A DNA stretch of 64,000 nucleotides from Halobacteroidaceae bacterium (GTDB lineage: Bacteria > Bacillota > Halanaerobiia > B1SED10-174), in assembly GCA_003551665.1 (NCBI GenBank), contig PUNE01000013.1, forward strand, positions 179,932-243,931. Direction: 5' to 3'. Positions 60,403-64,000 of the stretch are shown one piece after another; within the stretch, counting starts at the first letter, position 1, and every line of letters begins with the position of its first letter. The position numbers and the translations under genes were made by a program. The notes beneath the pieces are model-generated. The model was not told the DNA's origin. It made no database searches and saw nothing but the letters and a program-made list of their open reading frames with translations.

Positions 60403-60870
60403 TTATTCGCCCAGAGCACCTGCTGTTACCGTTGCTCTATCTCTAACCCATTCGGCAAGTTCTCCGAAAAAACCAGCAAGATTCAGCTCAAATGTCCCTT
60501 CCCGTTCATGCCTTTCAACAGTCTGAACTTCGGGTTTAGCCATTACTATGTACTCCTGCTGAGCCGGCCTTGTCATGGCAAGTTCCTGCCGGGCCCGGGT
60601 TTCAATTTCCCTCAGGTTTGTTTTCTCAGCCAGTTGAAGCCTCATACCTCGGTTTTCTTTCTCCAGATAATCGATCTCCCTCTGTAAATTTCCGATTTCA
60701 AAGTCAAGGGAAGAAATACCTGCCTGCAAAACCAGGAAACCGATTGATAAGGTAACACTGATTACAATCAGGATAACATAAAACCAGGGAATGGAGGACT
60801 TTACACGACGAGGTTTTACTTTTTGTGCTCCAGGGTTGTAAACAACACTCCTTTGATAATTCTTTTCCAT
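60403..60870 (-). CDS. ftsL: Cell division protein FtsL / septum formation initiator-like
   Basis: Single TM (IPWFYVILIVISVTLSIGFLVL) followed by a coiled coil (LQREIDYLEKENRGMRLQL). Located between rsmH and pbp. Confidence 0.75.
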   Translation of the reverse strand: MEKNYQRSVVYNPGAQKVKPRRVKSSIPWFYVILIVISVTLSIGFLVLQAGISSLDFEIGNLQREIDYLEKENRGMRLQLAEKTNLREIETRARQELAMTRPAQQEYIVMAKPEVQTVERHEREGTFELNLAGFFGELAEWVRDRATVTAGALGE

Positions 60871-60873
60871 TAT

Positions 60874-61812
60874 CTATTCCTCCTCCTTCCCTTTTTTAAT
60901 TTCTAATTTTTCTGCTACCCGAAATTTGGAACTTCGGGCTCGCCTGTTTGTTTCTAACTCTTCAGGACCTGGTTCGATGGGTTTCTTTGTTATTATTTTG
61001 ACCCGGGGGCCATCACAGACACAGGGCAGGCTTTTTGGGCAATTACACTGGCTTAGTTTTCGGAAAACATTCTTTACCAGGCGATCCTCAAGAGAATGAA
61101 AGGTAATGATCCCAATCCTACCCATGGGGTTGAGAAAATCAATCATCTTTTCTATCGCTCTACCCAGACCCTGCAATTCATTATTTACTGCTATCCGGAG
61201 AGCCTGAAAAACCCTTCTTGCAGGGTGCCCACCCGGATCGTGAGGAACAGCACTTTTAATTATGTCCACCAGTTCTGAGGTTGTATCGATTTTCTTTTCA
61301 TTTCTCCTGCTCTCAATTATCCGGGCAATTTTTTTGGCCCACCGCTCTTCTCCATATTCTTTAAAAATTCGGGCCAGGTCATGTGTGGAAAGGTCATTGA
61401 CCAGGTCTGCAGCGGTCTTCCCCTCTGTGGGATCCATACGCATGTCCAGGGGACCTTGGGCGTGATAGCTGAAACCTCTTTCCGGGGTATCCAGCTGATA
61501 GGATGAAACTCCCAGGTCCAGCAAAATTCCATCAAGTCTTCTTAATCCTGTTTCTTCGAGAAAAACGGAAAAATCCTTAAAATCTCCCTGGAAAAACCTA
61601 ACCCTTCTGCTTAGAGATCCCAGGTTTTTTTTTGCCTGCTCCAGTGCCTGGGGATCCTTATCTATACCAATAATATGTAGATTAGCATTTTGTTCCAGGA
61701 GCGCTTTGCTATGTCCTCCACCACCGATGGTTCCATCCAGAATATAGCCACTGACCCCTCCCAGATAATGCAGGACCTCCTGTACTAACACTGGCCGGTG
61801 GAATTCACTCAT
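60874..61812 (-). CDS. rsmH: 16S rRNA (cytosine1402-N4)-methyltransferase RsmH (MraW)
   Basis: HRPVLVQEVL, DGTIGGGGHS, DLGVSSYQLD. Confidence 0.93.
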   Translation of the reverse strand: MSEFHRPVLVQEVLHYLGGVSGYILDGTIGGGGHSKALLEQNANLHIIGIDKDPQALEQAKKNLGSLSRRVRFFQGDFKDFSVFLEETGLRRLDGILLDLGVSSYQLDTPERGFSYHAQGPLDMRMDPTEGKTAADLVNDLSTHDLARIFKEYGEERWAKKIARIIESRRNEKKIDTTSELVDIIKSAVPHDPGGHPARRVFQALRIAVNNELQGLGRAIEKMIDFLNPMGRIGIITFHSLEDRLVKNVFRKLSQCNCPKSLPCVCDGPRVKIITKKPIEPGPEELETNRRARSSKFRVAEKLEIKKGKEEE

Positions 61813-61830
61813 TTCACTGCCCCCTCGGCC

Positions 61831-62262
61831 TTAAATTCCCAGTTCGTCCATGGTTTCAGCAATTTCTTCGTAGGAATCTTTGGCCTTACTCAGGTATTCT
61901 TCCCACTTCTCCTTGCTCCAAAGTTCAATCCTGTCTGCAACACCAATAATAACCACATCCTTTTGAATTAACCCGTGATCCCGTAAATTATTGGGAACAG
62001 AAATCCGCCCCTGTTTGTCAAATTCGCATTCGGCAGCTCCTGATAAAAGGTAACGGACAAAAGCACGTGCATCCTGGCGTGTCAGGGGAAGGTTCTTTAA
62101 TTTTTCCTCAAGGCTTTTCCATTCCTCCACGGGGTAAACAAAAAGGCAGTTATCCAGGCCTCTGGTTATTACAAACTTTTCCCCCAGAGTGTCCCGGAAA
62201 CGAGCGGGCATAATTACTCTTCCTTTTTCATCCATGGCATGTCTGTATTCACCCATGAACAT
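61831..62262 (-). CDS. mraZ: Transcriptional regulator MraZ
   Basis: [23 protein letters not shown]...[17 protein letters not shown], the two MraZ repeats with DxxGR motifs. The start was trimmed from the longer ORF to the Met preceded by GGTGG. Confidence 0.88.
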   Translation of the reverse strand: MFMGEYRHAMDEKGRVIMPARFRDTLGEKFVITRGLDNCLFVYPVEEWKSLEEKLKNLPLTRQDARAFVRYLLSGAAECEFDKQGRISVPNNLRDHGLIQKDVVIIGVADRIELWSKEKWEEYLSKAKDSYEEIAETMDELGI

Positions 62263-62299
62263 TTTCAGCCACCGCCCTTTCACCTGTTTCCCCTTCCCC

Positions 62300-62326
62300 C
62301 CACTTTCTACCACTTTGCACCACTTA
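62300..62326 (-). promoter_or_regulatory. MraZ operator: three direct GTGG(T/G) repeats with 10-bp periodicity upstream of mraZ
   Basis: Minus strand: AAGTGGTGCAAAGTGGTAGAAAGTGGGGGG. On the plus strand ccactt occurs at 62300, 62310 and 62320. This matches the known MraZ-binding repeat architecture. Confidence 0.65.
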
Positions 62327-62438
62327 TTTGCTATATTCTCCCCCCAGCAAATTTCTCCTTCTTTCCCAGCAAAAAAATGTAACTTTTTTTCATTATTTTT
62401 TTGCCGGTTTAAATCCACAAAGGATTTTTCCTTGTTTT

Positions 62439-62488
62439 CGAAAAAACAAAAACCCGGGAAACCCTTTTAAAAAGGGGGGCTTCCCGGT
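62439..62488 (-). terminator. Rho-independent terminator downstream of dinB
   Basis: Minus strand: AAACCGGGAAGCCCCCCTTTTTAAAAGGGTTTCCCGGGTTTTTGTTTTTTCG. Confidence 0.75.
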
Positions 62489-62515
62489 TTATCCATTTTA
62501 CATCTCCCCGTCTTA

Positions 62516-63694
62516 TTATTTATCTTTTTCCAGTTCTAATAGTCTTGCAGGACCGATAATACTCTCCCCGAATTTATTTTTTAATTTATCCAGGGTGGCA
62601 ACCATTTGTTCTTCTTTTTTTCTTTTTTCCGAAGAAAACAATTTTGGTTGATTACTTTTTATTTTCCCCAAGCCTGAAACCGAGATGCCTATCAACCTTA
62701 TATATGACCCTTTCAGGTCCTGTTCCCGAAGTATTTCCTTTCCTGCTTTAAAAATATCAGTCCCCCAACAGGTCTTTTCTGCAAGGGTTTTTCGCCTGGT
62801 AATGGTTTTGAAATTCTTAAAGCGAAGTTTCAAAGTAATTACTCTACCCCCCAGACCTATTTTGCGGAGTCGCCTGCCAACATCTTCAGCCAGTGAACAG
62901 AGAACCGCTACCAGATATTCATGGTCCTGTATATCTTTCAGAAACGTATGCTCTCTCCCCACTGATTTAACTTCATGTAAAGGCTCCACAGGCCGATCAT
63001 CAATCCCCTGAGCCAGATGCCAGAGTAAACGTCCCGTGCTTCCCAGCTGCCCCTCTAAAAATTTCATTTCCATGCGGGCAACCTGACCAATATAATTAAT
63101 TCCTCTTTCTTTTAAAATGGACTCGGTTTTTTCACCAACTCCCCACAGCCTTTCCACAGGGAGATTATCAAGAACTTCCCGTATTCTATCTGGAGTAATA
63201 ATAACAAGGCCGTCTGGCTTTTCCAGATCCGAAGCCAGTTTTGCCAGGAATTTGTTGGGTGCTACTCCCAGAGATGCAACAAGACCCAGCTCTCTCCTTA
63301 TTTCTCGCTTTATTTTTTTTGCTATTTCTTCCGGAGAACCGAAAAGCCTCTCACAGCCAGAAATATCTAAAAAGGCTTCATCCAGAGATAGGGGTTCAAC
63401 AAGAGGAGTAAAAGAAGATAGAACTATCATTAAATCCCGGGAAACCGTCTCATATTTTTTCATGTTCCCATCCAGAAAAATTCCATCAGGGCAGCGCCGG
63501 TAAGCTTCTACAAGGGGCATTGCAGACCTTACACCAAACTTCCTCGCCTCATAAGAAGCTGTTGAAACAACACCGCGCTGCTGCGGATTGCTGGCCCCAA
63601 TTATTACCGGTTTCCCTACAAGCTCGGGGTTATCCCTTATTTCAATTGCTGCGAAAAAAGCATCCATATCGACATGAATTATCTTTAATCCCGC
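62516..63694 (-). CDS. dinB: DNA polymerase IV (Y-family translesion polymerase)
   Basis: IIHVDMDAFFAAIE catalytic motif; start trimmed to MAGLKIIH. Confidence 0.9.
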   Translation of the reverse strand, partial: AGLKIIHVDMDAFFAAIEIRDNPELVGKPVIIGASNPQQRGVVSTASYEARKFGVRSAMPLVEAYRRCPDGIFLDGNMKKYETVSRDLMIVLSSFTPLVEPLSLDEAFLDISGCERLFGSPEEIAKKIKREIRRELGLVASLGVAPNKFLAKLASDLEKPDGLVIITPDRIREVLDNLPVERLWGVGEKTESILKERGINYIGQVARMEMKFLEGQLGSTGRLLWHLAQGIDDRPVEPLHEVKSVGREHTFLKDIQDHEYLVAVLCSLAEDVGRRLRKIGLGGRVITLKLRFKNFKTITRRKTLAEKTCWGTDIFKAGKEILREQDLKGSYIRLIGISVSGLGKIKSNQPKLFSSEKRKKEEQMVATLDKLKNKFGESIIGPARLLELEKDK

Positions 63695-63740
63695 CATCCA
63701 AATCACCCCTGAAACCATTATAGCACATACGTTCGATTTT

Positions 63741-64000
63741 TTAAATCCCCTGTCGAACATCCAGGGCAAGCTCAATTAAAATATCAATCAGCTTACTGAA
63801 TTCTATTCCTTCCTCAATAAGAAGTTTGGGATACATGCTGAACTGGGTGAAGCCGGGTATGGTGTTAAGTTCATTTATCAAAATCTGCCCGGGGGAAGGA
63901 TAAAAGAAATCAACACGGGCCATTCCCCTGCATCCAAGAGCCTGAAAAGCCTGGAGAGCTAACTCTCTACTTTTTTCGGCATCTTTTTTGGGAATGTCCG
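63741..64000 (-). CDS. ddl: D-alanine--D-alanine ligase, C-terminal part (gene continues beyond window end)
   Basis: ...KKDAEKSRELALQAFQALGCRGMARVDFFYPSPGQILINELNTIPGFTQFSMYPKL matches the Ddl C-terminal ATP-grasp region. Confidence 0.88.
   Translation of the reverse strand, partial: DIPKKDAEKSRELALQAFQALGCRGMARVDFFYPSPGQILINELNTIPGFTQFSMYPKLLIEEGIEFSKLIDILIELALDVRQGI

Noticed and set aside
62263-62418. 52-aa N-terminal extension of MraZ, and the similar extensions of dinB (63695..63775) and ftsA (47397..47468)
   Set aside because: The extensions are not conserved in the respective families. Internal Met codons with upstream purine-rich RBSs give products that match canonical N-termini.

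Overview
This window is a gene-dense core-chromosome segment of an anaerobic Firmicutes/Clostridia-like genome. It holds about 65 protein-coding genes, and all but one (rqcH) are on the minus strand. From high to low coordinates on the minus strand the content is as follows. ddl (partial) and dinB come first. They are followed by a complete dcw cell-division/cell-wall cluster: mraZ-rsmH-ftsL-pbp-murE-murF-mraY-murD-ftsW-murG-murC-murA-ftsQ-ftsA-ftsZ. Next are nrdR, pgeF(ylmD), a HlyD-like gene, ylmE, a yggT gene interrupted by an in-frame stop, an S4-domain protein and divIVA. Then come an aspartate racemase, a small membrane protein, lspA, rluD and a PatB/MalY C-S lyase. A pyrimidine operon follows, pyrR-pyrP-pyrC-pyrF-pyrK-pyrD-pyrE, with two recognisable PyrR-binding attenuators and a near-consensus promoter. 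After a metalloenzyme-family gene, an EF-G paralog, tldD/pmbA, yicC-remA-gmk-rpoZ-coaBC and the divergent rqcH, there is a 13-gene catabolic block. It encodes a four-subunit 2-oxoacid:ferredoxin oxidoreductase in delta-alpha-beta-gamma order, a split B12-dependent methylmalonyl-CoA mutase, MeaB, methylmalonyl-CoA epimerase, a four-subunit Na+-pumping biotin-dependent methylmalonyl-CoA decarboxylase and a glutamate dehydrogenase. The window ends with sfsA-metK-priA-def-fmt, a DUF116 gene, a YugP-like Zn-peptidase, an unknown membrane protein and rlmN (partial). No CRISPR array, rRNA/tRNA gene or mobile element was seen. The most notable points are four. First, the contiguous cluster encodes a complete glutamate -> 2-oxoglutarate -> succinyl-CoA -> methylmalonyl-CoA -> propionyl-CoA route with a sodium pump. 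Second, a yggT/ylmG gene is broken by a single in-frame TGA and is absent from the ORF track. Third, a near-consensus orphan promoter drives a ~260-nt structured leader upstream of sfsA-metK. Fourth, the MraZ operator, the pyr attenuators and several terminators are clearly readable.
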